From NCBI GenBank assembly GCA_038843015.1, contig JAWBSH010000002.1:156310-220309 (forward strand): 64,000 bases of DNA, given 5' to 3'. Made by a program: the position numbers and the translations under genes. Of this stretch, positions 48,198 to 58,971 are shown one piece after another. The stretch is from Zestosphaera sp. (lineage in GTDB: Archaea > Thermoproteota > Thermoprotei_A > Sulfolobales > NBVN01). The notes below the pieces were generated by a model, which was given only the letters and a program-made list of their open reading frames with translations, ran no database searches and was not told where the DNA came from. The number at the start of each line of letters is the position of its first letter. Positions within the stretch are counted from its first letter, which is position 1.

Positions 48198-49202
48198 TTG
48201 AATACTCAGTATACGTCCATATACACCAAGATAGGGCTTGACGAAATCCTAGCGACCGCTGTGCTCTCAACGGCTCTGGTTAGTAAGGGAGTTAGAGCGT
48301 ACGTGGAGTTCGTCCCCCCAACAATCAAGAGCCCAATCAAGATAATTAAGAGTTACGCCGTAGGAGTCGCTCCCTCTCAGAACGTAAGCATATATAGCTC
48401 GATAGGCTTCCTCCTAATTCCAGAGAAAAGATTGGGTGTTGTTACTAAATACGACGACACCGGAAAAAGCGAGATTTTAATGAGTCTCTCTGAAACACAT
48501 ACTCTAACTCAAGTAGCATTAGAGTACGTTCAGACACTAAATGCTTTGATAGACCCTCCAGAACAACTAATTAAAGACATCACATACATAGCTACTGGAA
48601 AGCCTGCTGAGGCTAGCAAGGTAGGCAAGGCTCTAGCTAAGGCTATCAGGATAGACTACAGCTCCTCAGAGTTTTTGAGTAGTCTCTACGCGTATTTCCT
48701 ACAAGTATTACGAACTAAGTCATACAAGTTAAGTCCTGAGATAGAAGAGAGAGCCGCGAAATACGATGAGGCCTTAAGACTAGTAGATGAATTACTAAAA
48801 AGTGATAACCTCTTAAGTTATGGTCCTCTCAGAGTAGCCGTGATATCGCGTAGCTTTGAGAAACCGTTAATTCGAGATAATTATAAGTTATTGAAGCCTT
48901 TAGTCAATGACGTGCTAATTAAGCTCTGTAAAGAAGACGGAATTGGGATGGTGGTTCTTGAGACAGACTTAGGGCATACCTTGAAGATATGTCTTGGCTC
49001 AAGAAAAATTAGTTTCGTTAACATAATATCTTCTCTCCCCAAAGAACTCTCTAGCGAGCTTAACGTGACGCTGAAAGGTAATCACGTATTAATTAAGTTT
49101 AAAGACCCATCTAAAAGTTCCCTAGATGCTGTCTTAAGCATAGCTGAGTCCGTAGCTACGGGCTTAACCCCTCTATTAACCTCATCACTTAAGACTCAGT
49201 GA
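48198..49202 (+). CDS. hypothetical protein
   Basis: The 334-aa ORF has coding-like composition. I can defend no motif in it. Confidence 0.4.
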   Translation: MNTQYTSIYTKIGLDEILATAVLSTALVSKGVRAYVEFVPPTIKSPIKIIKSYAVGVAPSQNVSIYSSIGFLLIPEKRLGVVTKYDDTGKSEILMSLSETHTLTQVALEYVQTLNALIDPPEQLIKDITYIATGKPAEASKVGKALAKAIRIDYSSSEFLSSLYAYFLQVLRTKSYKLSPEIEERAAKYDEALRLVDELLKSDNLLSYGPLRVAVISRSFEKPLIRDNYKLLKPLVNDVLIKLCKEDGIGMVVLETDLGHTLKICLGSRKISFVNIISSLPKELSSELNVTLKGNHVLIKFKDPSKSSLDAVLSIAESVATGLTPLLTSSLKTQ

Positions 49203-49209
49203 TTATAAG

Positions 49210-50166
49210 ATGAAGGCAGTAGTTACTGGCGGGGCAGGCTTCATAGGCTCGCACGTAACTGAATACCTAGTCATTAAAGGTTTTGAAGTAGTAGTCGTGG
49301 ACAACTTGAGTTCAGGTAGCCTAGAAAACATTAACCATTTAATCAAGAACGGTAAAGTCAAGCTCTTAATTAAAGATTTAAAGATTTTCGATGACGAACT
49401 AAGGAACGCATTTAATGAAGCAGACACAGTATATCATTTCGCGGCCAACCCAGAAGTAAGAGTTTCGATGACAGAGCCGCGCACACACTTTGAGGAGAAC
49501 GTGTTAGTAACTTTTAATGTTCTTGAGGGCTGCAGACTGAACGACGTTAAAGAAGTAGTCTTCGCAAGTTCCTCGACAGTATACGGTGACGCGCAAGTCT
49601 TTCCTACTCCAGAAGACCACCCGACTAAACCCATATCTGTTTATGGCGTCTCAAAACTAATGTCTGAGAACTTGCTTGCTGGCTACAGCGATATTTACGG
49701 CATAAGAGCGCTGAGTCTTAGGTTCGCTAATATAGTAGGTCCCAGACAAACGCATGGCGTCATAGTAGACTTTATTAGTAAGTTAAGAAGGAACCCTAAG
49801 AAGCTTGAGATCTTAGGTGACGGGACACAGAAAAAGTCATACCTTCATGTGATAGACTTAATAGAAGGCATGCATATAGCACTAGAACACTTGAGAAAAT
49901 CAAGCGCTAGATACGAAGTATACAATATAGGCAACACTGACTGGATCTCAGTCAAGGAAATAGCTGATTTAGTTGTCGAGGAACTAGGACTTAACAATGT
50001 TGAGTACGTCTTCAAGCCAGCAACACAGGATGGTAGAGGGTGGTTGGGAGACGTCAAATTTATGCTGCTTGACGTCAGGAAACTGATGAGTTTAGGATGG
50101 CGGCCAAAGCTTTCTTCAAAAGAAGCTCTAAGAGAAGCTATTAAGTGGGTTAAGAGAAGATCTTAG
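49210..50166 (+). CDS. NAD-dependent nucleotide-sugar epimerase/dehydratase (SDR family)
   Basis: VTGGAGFIGSH and the YGVSKLMSE catalytic YxxxK are present. Confidence 0.8.
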   Translation: MKAVVTGGAGFIGSHVTEYLVIKGFEVVVVDNLSSGSLENINHLIKNGKVKLLIKDLKIFDDELRNAFNEADTVYHFAANPEVRVSMTEPRTHFEENVLVTFNVLEGCRLNDVKEVVFASSSTVYGDAQVFPTPEDHPTKPISVYGVSKLMSENLLAGYSDIYGIRALSLRFANIVGPRQTHGVIVDFISKLRRNPKKLEILGDGTQKKSYLHVIDLIEGMHIALEHLRKSSARYEVYNIGNTDWISVKEIADLVVEELGLNNVEYVFKPATQDGRGWLGDVKFMLLDVRKLMSLGWRPKLSSKEALREAIKWVKRRS

Positions 50167-50187
50167 AAAATTGCGTGTTCTAATTGC

Positions 50188-52404
50188 TTAGAAAGGAGAT
50201 ATGAAGTCATCAGGCCTCGGAGGTTCTGGCTTCAAACCTTTCCTTTGCCTTATCTTAGCAACGATATCCATTAACAGGGACTCCGGTACTGGTGCCCACC
50301 TACTGAACTCAGTACCCCAGAAGGCCCTGCCAGCAGTCGCTGATCTCAGTTCATTAGCTAGGTCTAGTGATTCGCTCACAGGTATCTCAGCTATTACTCT
50401 AGTAGCGTTACTACTTAGGGTAATTACGTCAAGAACTTTACCTCTCTTTCTAGTTATGACGGAAATAGCTGAGCTCATTAAGTCTACTGGCACTCTAATG
50501 TCTATCTTCTGTATTGGTTCTAAGAGTGTAGGTCTAGATAACAACATCCCAGCATATATTGGGTTCCTGACGGCCGGGAATATTTGTGCTGGACCTCTAT
50601 GCGCCGGGTCTTCATGAACTACCGCATCGTGCAGAATAACTTTTACTCCTCTAACTCTCTCCATGCAGAGAGGACCCTCACTCATGGCTAGTCTAAAGCC
50701 CTGAATAATAGTATCTTTAATTTCTCTTAGGTATTGTACGCCAGTAGTTTTATCAACGAATACGTTTATGCCTTCGTCTATTGCCCAAATCCTCTTTGCT
50801 TCATCATAGTCCCAGCCAGCCTGGTCTCTTAATATTCTTGCTACTTCTCTAGGATCCATGTTTTCGGTTATAGCTCCTTGCTGAATGAGCGAGATTGTTT
50901 CATCGTTGAGTGGTTCAACACTTATGTAGAACTTGTTATGCTTGTTAGGAGACTTGCCTTCAAGAACTTGAGAAGAGCTCCTTATGGTTTCTCTATACAC
51001 GATTATCGGGGGTGTTGTGTCTACTTCTATCCCATAATTTTCTTTAAGTAGTGTGAGAGTTATTTCTAGGTGTAAGGGTCCCATACCAGCTATCAAGTAC
51101 TCTCCAGTCTCCTCATTTATTTTAACTATTAAGTTAGGGTCTTCTATAGCCATTTTTCTCAGAGAATCTATGAGTTTTGTTAGGTCTTGGGTTTTCTTAG
51201 GCTCTATTGCCATAGTAACGACTGGTTCTGTGACATACCTTAATCTCTCGAAGGGTGCGGCCATGTCCTTAAATGCTGTGCTAACTGCTGTCTCTCCCGC
51301 TCTAGCCCTCTCAAGACCTAAGACTGCACCAATATTACCTGCAACAACTTGATCTACTTGCTCTCTGAAAGGTCCCATATAGAGCGATACTTGAAGAATT
51401 TTCTGTGGCGTCCTCGAGTTAACTAGCCAGACCTCCTCACCAGCTCTGAGAGTACCTGACATTACCCTCCCAGTGGCTACGAACCCGGCATGAGGGTCTA
51501 ACCTCATGTCGTTAATCATGTACACCAGGGGTCCGTTAGGGTCTGCTTCTAGCATAGCTCTCCCAAGTTCTGTGTTTATGTCTCCCTTCCATATCTTAGG
51601 TATTCTGTATTTTTGTGCTGTTCTTGGGTTAGGAACGTGAGTAATCACAGACTCTAACAAGGTTTCATGCAGTGGAGCTATTTTCTGGAACTCCTCGACA
51701 GCTTCTCTGCCTTTCTCATAAGCTTTAATTAACTCCATTATGTTGGTTCCCTTCTTCTGAGCGTGCGGGACCGTCAAGCCGATCTTATCTTTTGCTGAGC
51801 CAAATATTACCTGACCTTTCGCGGCATCTAAAACCCACTTATCCCTAAACTCTGGGTCAGCATTCTCTATTATTAACCTATTAACTTCTTTTATTATGTC
51901 TATAAACCGCTTCTGAATCTCTTGTGGTGATAGCTTCAGCTCCTTTATTAACCTGTCTATTTTGTTTATGAATAGGAGTGGTCTTACCCTCTCTTCTAAA
52001 GATTGCCTGAGTACTGTTTCAGTCTGGGTCATTACTCCCTCAACAGCGTCAACCACTACTATCGCGCCGTCGAGAACACGTAGAGACCTAGTGACCTTGC
52101 CTGAGAAGTCTACGTGTCCAGGAGTGTCAATCAAGTTTATGACGTAGCCTCTACCGCCTAACTCGTGATATAGACTTATGTTAGCAGCCTTTACTGTAAC
52201 ACCTCTCTTCTGTTCTACGTCAAGGTAGTCTAGAGCTAGAGCCTCACCAGCAACCTTAGCAGAAATTATGCCTGCAGCAGCTAACAAGACATCAGACGTG
52301 GTAGTCTTGCCATGATCTACGTGTGCAATTATGCCTATGTTTCTCACGTGTTCTAAATCACTCATTATCTTCTGGATTTGTTCTACTGTCTTGTATCTAG
52401 GCAT
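50188..52404 (-). CDS. fusA: translation elongation factor 2 (aEF-2)
   Basis: The N-terminus reads [36 protein letters not shown] and the diphthamide-loop sequence HEDPAHRG are present. The start is placed at the Met of MPRYK, whereas the track ORF begins at 52419. Confidence 0.9.
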   Translation of the reverse strand: MPRYKTVEQIQKIMSDLEHVRNIGIIAHVDHGKTTTSDVLLAAAGIISAKVAGEALALDYLDVEQKRGVTVKAANISLYHELGGRGYVINLIDTPGHVDFSGKVTRSLRVLDGAIVVVDAVEGVMTQTETVLRQSLEERVRPLLFINKIDRLIKELKLSPQEIQKRFIDIIKEVNRLIIENADPEFRDKWVLDAAKGQVIFGSAKDKIGLTVPHAQKKGTNIMELIKAYEKGREAVEEFQKIAPLHETLLESVITHVPNPRTAQKYRIPKIWKGDINTELGRAMLEADPNGPLVYMINDMRLDPHAGFVATGRVMSGTLRAGEEVWLVNSRTPQKILQVSLYMGPFREQVDQVVAGNIGAVLGLERARAGETAVSTAFKDMAAPFERLRYVTEPVVTMAIEPKKTQDLTKLIDSLRKMAIEDPNLIVKINEETGEYLIAGMGPLHLEITLTLLKENYGIEVDTTPPIIVYRETIRSSSQVLEGKSPNKHNKFYISVEPLNDETISLIQQGAITENMDPREVARILRDQAGWDYDEAKRIWAIDEGINVFVDKTTGVQYLREIKDTIIQGFRLAMSEGPLCMERVRGVKVILHDAVVHEDPAHRGPAQIFPAVRNPIYAGMLLSRPTLLEPIQKIDIRVPVDLMSSAISVITRKRGKVLDVITLSSNATRVIAEIPVSESLDLANELRSATAGRAFWGTEFSRWAPVPESLLMDIVAKIRQRKGLKPEPPRPDDFISPF

Positions 52405-52493
52405 ACCTACTACCCACAAAAGTAATCTTAAGAGAGTTATAAGCTTATGCTATCCTCGATTTCGAGAGTGAGTACATAAGACACTAAGGGTCG

Positions 52494-53195
52494 CTACTTT
52501 CTATTAATAAACTTATCTAGTGAAGTTCCTGGAGTGCTCTGAGATCCTTCCTCAACTATTTTCTTAAACAATTTCACTTTATCTTCACTCATGCCCTCAA
52601 CTCTCATAAGTTCTGCCGCCTGAGCGTTTATCACTGCTTTCAAGCTACCGAATTTGTTGAGTAGCCTCTCTGCTAATGTGGGTCCTATCTTAGGAAATGA
52701 AGAGAGCACGTAGATTTGCCAGGCTCTCAGGTCACTCGTTTTAGGCTTCCTTTCCTTCCTGTAAGTAGGTAAGGGAGCAGATGTCTTTCTACCGAATTTC
52801 TGCGTTTTCTCAGCAATATACTTTATGAGCTCGGCGGTGTGCCTAGAGTCCCTCGTGTAGAGTATGGGGATACTAAAAGATAACACGGCACTAACTAAAG
52901 CAGCCTCGATAGATCTAGGGTTTTCCGTGTATTTATCTATATCTAATAAGTTACCTTCCACTACTAAGATAGCTTTAAATTTTTCAAGACTCTTTAATCT
53001 CTTCAGCTGATCAAAAAATCTACCCTCATAAACAGATCTAATCAAGTCATCCAATCTCTTTCTCTCCAAGATAATCAAGTCGTTAATCACGTAATCGCCT
53101 ACATCTAAAACCTTAAAAATAACTGAAAATCCCGCACTTAATAAGTAATAAGGAATCTCGGAAGATTTTTCTCGTTCATCAACGTAAACTCTCAT
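52494..53195 (-). CDS. xpf: XPF/ERCC4-type structure-specific endonuclease, short (crenarchaeal) form
   Basis: The motifs VDEREK, GDYV and ERKRLDDL form the ERCC4 nuclease signature. A C-terminal tandem helix-hairpin-helix region is present (FPKIGPTLAERLLNKFGSL). Confidence 0.8.
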   Translation of the reverse strand: MRVYVDEREKSSEIPYYLLSAGFSVIFKVLDVGDYVINDLIILERKRLDDLIRSVYEGRFFDQLKRLKSLEKFKAILVVEGNLLDIDKYTENPRSIEAALVSAVLSFSIPILYTRDSRHTAELIKYIAEKTQKFGRKTSAPLPTYRKERKPKTSDLRAWQIYVLSSFPKIGPTLAERLLNKFGSLKAVINAQAAELMRVEGMSEDKVKLFKKIVEEGSQSTPGTSLDKFINRK

Positions 53196-53397
53196 ATCGT
53201 GACCAACTCCAAATAGTATGCTATAATTATCACTTAAATTAGTATCTTTACACTTAAGATAATATTGTTGCTAAAGGTTAAAGGAAAGGATGAGGTTGCA
53301 TGGATTGAGTCGAAATTTACAGGGAGATTGTTTTTGAGGTGATTGTATTTTCTCATTGATAAAAGTTAGAGCTTGTAAGGATATGAGTTCCCAACCT

Positions 53398-53646
53398 TCA
53401 GGAATTTGTGCTCTTCTTAACTCTAGCTAATATAGCGTTATCTTCCAACTCTTTGAGAACTTCTAATGTATACCCTTTCTTCTTTAAGATAACCCTAAGC
53501 ACGTCGGGAGGTAGAACATCCCTATAAAATACTATCTCAAAATAGTCAAGCTTTTCACTGATTAACTTCATTAACTTAATGACGGGATCACTTGTACATC
53601 CACCGACCTTACCACTACGCAGATCAAAGATTCTATCCTCACTCAT
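53398..53646 (-). CDS. TusA/SirA-like small sulfur-relay protein candidate (variant active-site motif)
   Basis: The 82-aa protein matches the TusA fold pattern, but carries GGCTSDPVIKL where TusA has CPxP. It is the last gene of the iscS-iscU string. Confidence 0.45.
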   Translation of the reverse strand: MSEDRIFDLRSGKVGGCTSDPVIKLMKLISEKLDYFEIVFYRDVLPPDVLRVILKKKGYTLEVLKELEDNAILARVKKSTNS

Positions 53647-53651
53647 CCGCC

Positions 53652-54179
53652 TTACCTACTTGTTGGCTCCTTAGGCTGTCTTCCATACATTCTCTCAATG
53701 AGTTCTTCCTCTTCCATAGTCTGTTTCTCCTCAACGGTTAGGTCTGAAGGCAGCCACTCAGGTGTTTTGCCTATTATGCTGTAGTAGCTCCTAACAGCTC
53801 TTTTGAGAGCTCCTACAGCAAGTACGCTACAGTGGTATTTTATTGGTGGTAGACCGCCCAACTTATCGGAGAGGTCTTGCCACTTAATGCTCCAAGCTTC
53901 TCTAAGAGTCTTTCCAGTTATTAAGTCTGTAAGTATGCTTGCAGCTGCTATGTTAGCGGCACATCCGTAACTCTCAAAAGATGCCTTCTCTATGATTTCG
54001 TCATTGCTTATTTTAAGATAAAGTTTTATCATGTCGCCACACGCGGGACTGCCCGCTACTGACTGAACCGTCGGGTTTTCGATGGGTCCAGCGTTCTTTG
54101 GGTTCTTAAAGTACTTAAGCACTTCCGGCGAGTAGGGGAGTGGAATTCGTGAACTCATTGTTTTGCCTCCATATAACAT
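53652..54179 (-). CDS. iscU: IscU/NifU-like Fe-S cluster scaffold
   Basis: GSPACGDMIKL, YGCAANIAA and YHCSVLA carry the three conserved Cys residues. Confidence 0.85.
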   Translation of the reverse strand: MLYGGKTMSSRIPLPYSPEVLKYFKNPKNAGPIENPTVQSVAGSPACGDMIKLYLKISNDEIIEKASFESYGCAANIAAASILTDLITGKTLREAWSIKWQDLSDKLGGLPPIKYHCSVLAVGALKRAVRSYYSIIGKTPEWLPSDLTVEEKQTMEEEELIERMYGRQPKEPTSR

Positions 54180-54195
54180 TGTTATTTTAGAGTTA

Positions 54196-55422
54196 TTAAG
54201 CTTTCTTAGGAGTCAGTGGACTGAGGCTCCTAAGCCTCTCAACAGACTTAGGTAGCACCTCAAGCACGTACGTTATGTCATCTGCTTTATGGTGCTTCGA
54301 TACCTTAAATAATATACTCCCGTGAGCTAGCTCATACTCTCTCCCGATAGCTAAGAGTACGTGACTAGGCTCGAGAAACCTCGAACTACAAGCACTACCA
54401 CTCGAGACGTAGACCCCGTGGCGGCTAAGCTCTACGGTCAGCGCCTCACCCTCTACATATCTGAATGATATGTTTACGTTATCTGGCGCTCTTCTGTCAC
54501 CTAAAGGGCCGTTGACAACTACCTCATTAACAGAGTTTAAGATTCCTGTCAATAATTTATCTCTTAACTTAATCATGTGGCTTACATTTTCCTCGAATTT
54601 ATTGAATGCCAGCTCTATTGCTTTCTTGAAACCGGCTATCAAGGGAATTAACTCAACGCCAGGCCATAACTTCTCGACACTTAGTTGTCCTCTTATTATG
54701 GGTTCGATCTTTACATTTTCCTTAATGTAAAGTAATCCGACTCCTCGAGGCCCCTGGATTTTATGACTACTTAAGGTCATCATATCAACGTCTAATTCTC
54801 TCACACTTACTTTGATTCTGCCATAAGCATCACTAGCATCCGTATGAATGACTGCTTCAGGACTGTAATCTCTGATTATATCTATTAATTCTTTTAGTCT
54901 CTGTATTGTCCCTATCTCGTGATTAACTAGCTGGATGCTTACTAGTGCTGTATCCTTATCCACGTAGTACTTAAGGATCTCGGGGTTTATGAAGCCCTCC
55001 TCATCTACAGGAATCCTCACTACTTTTAATCCGAAAAGCTCTCCGACAAACTCAGCTGGGAATATGACACTCAAGTGCTCAACAGATGAAACTAATAACT
55101 TCTTGCCTCTCAGATTCTTTCTGTTAGCTATGACGTAGCCTTGTATGGCTAAGTTATTAGCTTCAGTGCCGCTGTGCGTAAATACGAAATCCTCTGTATT
55201 GCTGGCCTCGACTGTTTTCTTTACAAGCTCCTTAGTCTCTATGAGAAGGTCTAGGGCTTCCCAACCCGGCTTATGAGTTATTGCTGGATGTCCATAACCA
55301 TACTTATTGAAAAAAGGCCTCATGGCTTCTACGACCTCATCAGGTACGTAGCCTGAGTTCTCTAAGTCAAAGTAGACTTCTCTTGATGGCGTACCATGCT
55401 CTTTCAGTAGCTCTTTAACCAT
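54196..55422 (-). CDS. iscS: cysteine desulfurase, IscS/NifS type
   Basis: LSSHKIQGPRG holds the PLP lysine. SSGSACSS is the active-site Cys loop. Confidence 0.85.
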   Translation of the reverse strand: MVKELLKEHGTPSREVYFDLENSGYVPDEVVEAMRPFFNKYGYGHPAITHKPGWEALDLLIETKELVKKTVEASNTEDFVFTHSGTEANNLAIQGYVIANRKNLRGKKLLVSSVEHLSVIFPAEFVGELFGLKVVRIPVDEEGFINPEILKYYVDKDTALVSIQLVNHEIGTIQRLKELIDIIRDYSPEAVIHTDASDAYGRIKVSVRELDVDMMTLSSHKIQGPRGVGLLYIKENVKIEPIIRGQLSVEKLWPGVELIPLIAGFKKAIELAFNKFEENVSHMIKLRDKLLTGILNSVNEVVVNGPLGDRRAPDNVNISFRYVEGEALTVELSRHGVYVSSGSACSSRFLEPSHVLLAIGREYELAHGSILFKVSKHHKADDITYVLEVLPKSVERLRSLSPLTPKKA

Positions 55423-55524
55423 GTTCCATCCCTAATAACAAATTTATAGTAGAGTTATTAAGCGTTATTTGCTGTTCAAAAAGTAAACAGAGTTTATCTT
55501 ACGCTAATAACTAATTTATTTTCG

Positions 55525-56829
55525 GTGAAAACTTTAAATTATTGTTGGAGGTGTTGCGTAGTGCTCGATCCAAGTGTTTTAAGGGAGGATTTTCCGCTCC
55601 TCATGAAGAGAAATCTCATATACTTCGATAACGCCGCTACGTCTCAGAAGCCTCTTCAAGTAATTGAGGCAATGAGGAATTTTTATGAGAACATTAATAG
55701 CAACATTCATAGAGGTGTTTACAGTCTCTCCATGGAGGCGAGTAGAGCATATGAAGACGCTCGCGAAGTAGTGAAGGATTTCATAAGAGCTAAGTATCTT
55801 GAGGAAGTGGTATTCACGAGTGGCGCTACTCAATCCCTTAACATAGTTGCTTACATGCTTGCTCCAAAGTTGAGTCCCGGAGACAACATCGTGGTCTCTA
55901 TAATGGAACACCATAGTAATATGCTACCCTGGGTACGGATCTCCAAGCTTAGAGGAGTTGAACTCAGAGTTGTTAGATTAAGTAAAGACTACGTTATAAA
56001 TTATGAAGAACTGACTGAACTGGTAGATAAGAAGACTAAGATTATAGCTATTAGCCACATGAGTAATGTGCTGGGAACTATAGTTGACATTAGAGCTGTT
56101 TCTAAGCTAGCTCGGGAAAATGAGTCGTTCCTAGTCGTAGATGGAGCGCAAAGCGTGCCTCATATGCCTGTCTCAGTTAGAGATCTCGACGTGGATTTCC
56201 TAGTTTTTAGTGGACATAAAATGCTAGGTCCTACTGGGATTGGAGTTCTCTACATTAAGAAAGAAATACAAGAGTTCTTAGAACCGCCTTTTACGGGTGG
56301 CGGCACGGTGGAGGACGTAACGCTTAAGAACGGTACTCTCGAGGTGAAATTTCTGAGGATGCCGTGGAGTCTGGAGGCAGGCACTCCCAACATAGCCGGT
56401 GCTATAGGCTTAAGTGAGGCAATTAAGTATCTCTCGAAAGTTGGAATGGAAAACGTAATTCTCCACGAGAAAGCTCTCACTGCTTACACGCTCAAAGAGG
56501 TCAGTAACGATGAACTATTAAGCAAATACGTTAAGATATATGGACCAACAAACCTGGAAGTAAGGGGCGGTATTGTAGCATTCAACGTTGATGATATGAA
56601 TCCCAATCTAGTCGCATCATTTATGGATGCCTATAACGTAGCTGTGAGGAGTGGGTACCACTGTGCTCAACCCCTTCATGAGTATATAGGGGCAAAACTA
56701 GGTACAGTCAGAGCAAGTTACTATATTTATAACACTAAAGAGGAGATAAGTTTAATGATTGATGCGCTACGTGAACTCGTGAAAAATAGGAAGATCTTGC
56801 AGGCTACACGCAATAATGATATTATCTAG
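55525..56829 (+). CDS. sufS: cysteine desulfurase, SufS/CsdA type (group II)
   Basis: The motifs IYFDNAATSQKP, FSGHKMLGPTGIG and RSGYHCAQP are present. The likely true start is the GTG at 55561, which is preceded by GGAGGTG. Confidence 0.85.
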   Translation: MKTLNYCWRCCVVLDPSVLREDFPLLMKRNLIYFDNAATSQKPLQVIEAMRNFYENINSNIHRGVYSLSMEASRAYEDAREVVKDFIRAKYLEEVVFTSGATQSLNIVAYMLAPKLSPGDNIVVSIMEHHSNMLPWVRISKLRGVELRVVRLSKDYVINYEELTELVDKKTKIIAISHMSNVLGTIVDIRAVSKLARENESFLVVDGAQSVPHMPVSVRDLDVDFLVFSGHKMLGPTGIGVLYIKKEIQEFLEPPFTGGGTVEDVTLKNGTLEVKFLRMPWSLEAGTPNIAGAIGLSEAIKYLSKVGMENVILHEKALTAYTLKEVSNDELLSKYVKIYGPTNLEVRGGIVAFNVDDMNPNLVASFMDAYNVAVRSGYHCAQPLHEYIGAKLGTVRASYYIYNTKEEISLMIDALRELVKNRKILQATRNNDII

Positions 56830-56905
56830 GAAGTTAAGACTCGCAGTATGTGCCTACTGCCGATGAGCTTATAGGTCTCATTATGTTTGAGATCTTACTT
56901 CTTTA

Positions 56906-57997
56906 CTAAGAGCACTTATCAGCCCATCTACCCTCCTCTAATACATTAACTCTTACGTTTAGTTTGGTAAAGAATCGCCTCACCAACTTAATCACTTCAT
57001 TAACGTCTATTTCGTAATTTAAGGAAAGTCCTGCCGCCCCCTCATGACCTCCACCCGACCCCCTAAGCTCTTCAGCCATATACGTAATTAGGTCAGACGC
57101 TACCGGAATTCTCAGAGTGTTTATTATTCTTCGAGAGGCTCTGACATAGATTCTTGTTTCGCCGGACCTGGGTGAAATAGCTATAGCCACATCAGCTCCT
57201 GAATCAATAAGGGTTTTCAGAACTGAAGCTTCGTACGCACCCACACAAGTTACAGCGAGTATAAAGTCTCTATTTAACTCGTAAAGTCCAGCTCTTGAAA
57301 TCCCTTTAAGAATAGCTATTTTTTCGCTTCTGTCAATTTCTGTTGTAGTAATCATCATATTAAAAGCTTCTTCAAAACACTCACTACACAAGCTCATTAA
57401 GTAGTAGAGAGCTCGGAAAGTAGAAGGCTTAGCTAATCTCAAGTTCTTAGTATCATATAGTATTCCAGTAATCAAGAGAGTTGCTAAACGAGCTTCTGGC
57501 TTTAGCGAAAGTATCTCCATCATTAAAGCAACTAACTCACTAGTAGACCCAGCATCTTTAAAGTGAATAGACACTAGAGCCTTCTCAGACAGCTCGTTAG
57601 TTTCGTGATGATCTATAATCACGTAGTTGCGGCTAGTCGCAACGTCCAGTGCAGGAACTTGAGACTTGCTTGAAGCGTCGACACACACTATTAGATCACA
57701 CGAATTTACTGAAGTGGCTAAGTCTTCCTCAAGTCTTAAATTCTTGACTATCTTAGCAGCAATCCTGTTAAGTCCTTCAGGAATGAGGACTCCAGACTTA
57801 ATGGTGCTGGATACTGATTCAGTAATAAACTTGACCCCGAGAAGAGAAGCTATGGCATCAGGATCTGCGTCTCTGTGTGTAGAAAAACACACTACTGGAT
57901 AGTTTTTAAGGGTATTCACTAGCTTATGTGTTAACTCTATTAGCCTTCCCATATCTTCTGAGTAACTCATCCTCAAACGACTCCAAAACATTATCAA
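56906..57997 (-). CDS. DHH/DHHA1 phosphoesterase (NrnA-like nanoRNase/pAp phosphatase candidate)
   Basis: The motifs HRDADPDAIAS, IIDHHETN and GGGHEGAAG are present. The real start is probably an internal Met (57970 or 57952). Confidence 0.7.
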   Translation of the reverse strand: MIMFWSRLRMSYSEDMGRLIELTHKLVNTLKNYPVVCFSTHRDADPDAIASLLGVKFITESVSSTIKSGVLIPEGLNRIAAKIVKNLRLEEDLATSVNSCDLIVCVDASSKSQVPALDVATSRNYVIIDHHETNELSEKALVSIHFKDAGSTSELVALMMEILSLKPEARLATLLITGILYDTKNLRLAKPSTFRALYYLMSLCSECFEEAFNMMITTTEIDRSEKIAILKGISRAGLYELNRDFILAVTCVGAYEASVLKTLIDSGADVAIAISPRSGETRIYVRASRRIINTLRIPVASDLITYMAEELRGSGGGHEGAAGLSLNYEIDVNEVIKLVRRFFTKLNVRVNVLEEGRWADKCS

Positions 57998-58253
57998 TTA
58001 TTTGATCTAATAAGACCTCTAGCTCCGGATCCGGGTTTTTAGGTCCTCTATACTCTAGCTCAATAACCACATTAATCTGGCCTGAGTCGAGACTTAAAGA
58101 AATTGACGTCTCATACTCATCTACACGGCCAGATATAGAGTTAAGAAACCTACTCAGTTTATCCTCAATTAAAAAAGTCAGCTCTCTTAAGTCTTCCTGA
58201 GTTATTCGACTTAGGTCAAGACCTAAGGACTTCACGTAATCCTTACTAACCAC
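57924..58253 (-). CDS. small conserved archaeal protein downstream of prefoldin beta (DUF3194-like)
   Basis: The 109-aa acidic protein overlaps pfdB by 8 nt. The call rests on position and size only. Confidence 0.4.
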   Translation of the reverse strand: MVSKDYVKSLGLDLSRITQEDLRELTFLIEDKLSRFLNSISGRVDEYETSISLSLDSGQINVVIELEYRGPKNPDPELEVLLDQIIDNVLESFEDELLRRYGKANRVNT

Positions 58254-58611
58254 TCTTTCCCTCGCCCGGCACTATCCTATACTTCTCTAGTTCTTTCTTC
58301 ACGGTTTCAAACTGCTTCCTCAGCGACTCCTCAATCTTCTCGAAACTCTGTAGTCTTACCTCAAGTTCTTCTTTCTTTTCCTGAAGTTCTTTTATTGTAG
58401 AGTCCCTGTCTACTTTCACGAATACGAATCCAGTATTTTTATACACGGCTGTATCTGGCGAGACACTCTGGAGTATGTTTAAAGCTCTTTCAACATCTTT
58501 CAGCTCTGAAGAAATTACGGTCTTCTGCGTTATTACCGACGCTAGCTGAGACTCTATCTGTTGGTACTTAAGTATTATCTGCTCAAGTTCGGGCGGTATT
58601 TTCTGAGCCAT
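58246..58611 (-). CDS. pfdB: prefoldin beta subunit
   Basis: The 121-aa protein has a coiled coil, a beta hairpin and a second coiled coil (QQIESQL...VYKNTGFVFVKVD...ELEVRLQSFEK). Confidence 0.8.
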   Translation of the reverse strand: MAQKIPPELEQIILKYQQIESQLASVITQKTVISSELKDVERALNILQSVSPDTAVYKNTGFVFVKVDRDSTIKELQEKKEELEVRLQSFEKIEESLRKQFETVKKELEKYRIVPGEGKSG

Positions 58612-58688
58612 ACCATCGCCTCACATAGATAACGCCACACACCTTATAAAACTTCACTCAGATAGGCAACCAACTAACCTACTCGAGA

Positions 58689-58955
58689 TTATTCATTGAG
58701 GTTCCTTAAAACCCCTATAATCATACTGACTAACCTGAGGGTGTTTGAGAGAGGCGGTATTAGTGCTCTCGGCTCAGAACCTCTGAAGACTAACTTGAGA
58801 GTACAGCTTACGCGACTAACATCAAACGAAGTACCCCTCAGCTTGAGGCTACTTTCAGGCATTAAAGATTTTAATAAAGCTTCAGCAAGTAAGCAGTCTT
58901 CTAAGTCAATTAATACCTCAACAAGAACCTCGCCAGTATCAGAACCGCTGAACAC
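58689..58955 (-). CDS. pcc1: KEOPS subunit Pcc1-like protein
   Basis: The 88-aa protein sits between the Brix-domain gene and pfdB in the exosome superoperon. Its alternating beta and alpha pattern fits the family. Confidence 0.5.
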   Translation of the reverse strand: MFSGSDTGEVLVEVLIDLEDCLLAEALLKSLMPESSLKLRGTSFDVSRVSCTLKLVFRGSEPRALIPPLSNTLRLVSMIIGVLRNLNE

Positions 58956-58971
58956 TTACCGAAACACCGAT

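Noticed and set aside
48198-49202. Whether the 334-aa hypothetical protein is a degenerate DHH/RecJ-like (Cdc45-like) protein. The window already has two genuine DHH enzymes.
   Set aside because: There is only a vague resemblance (GLDEILATAVL to DHH motif I). I could identify no DHH or GGGH motif. The evidence is too weak to call without profile searches.
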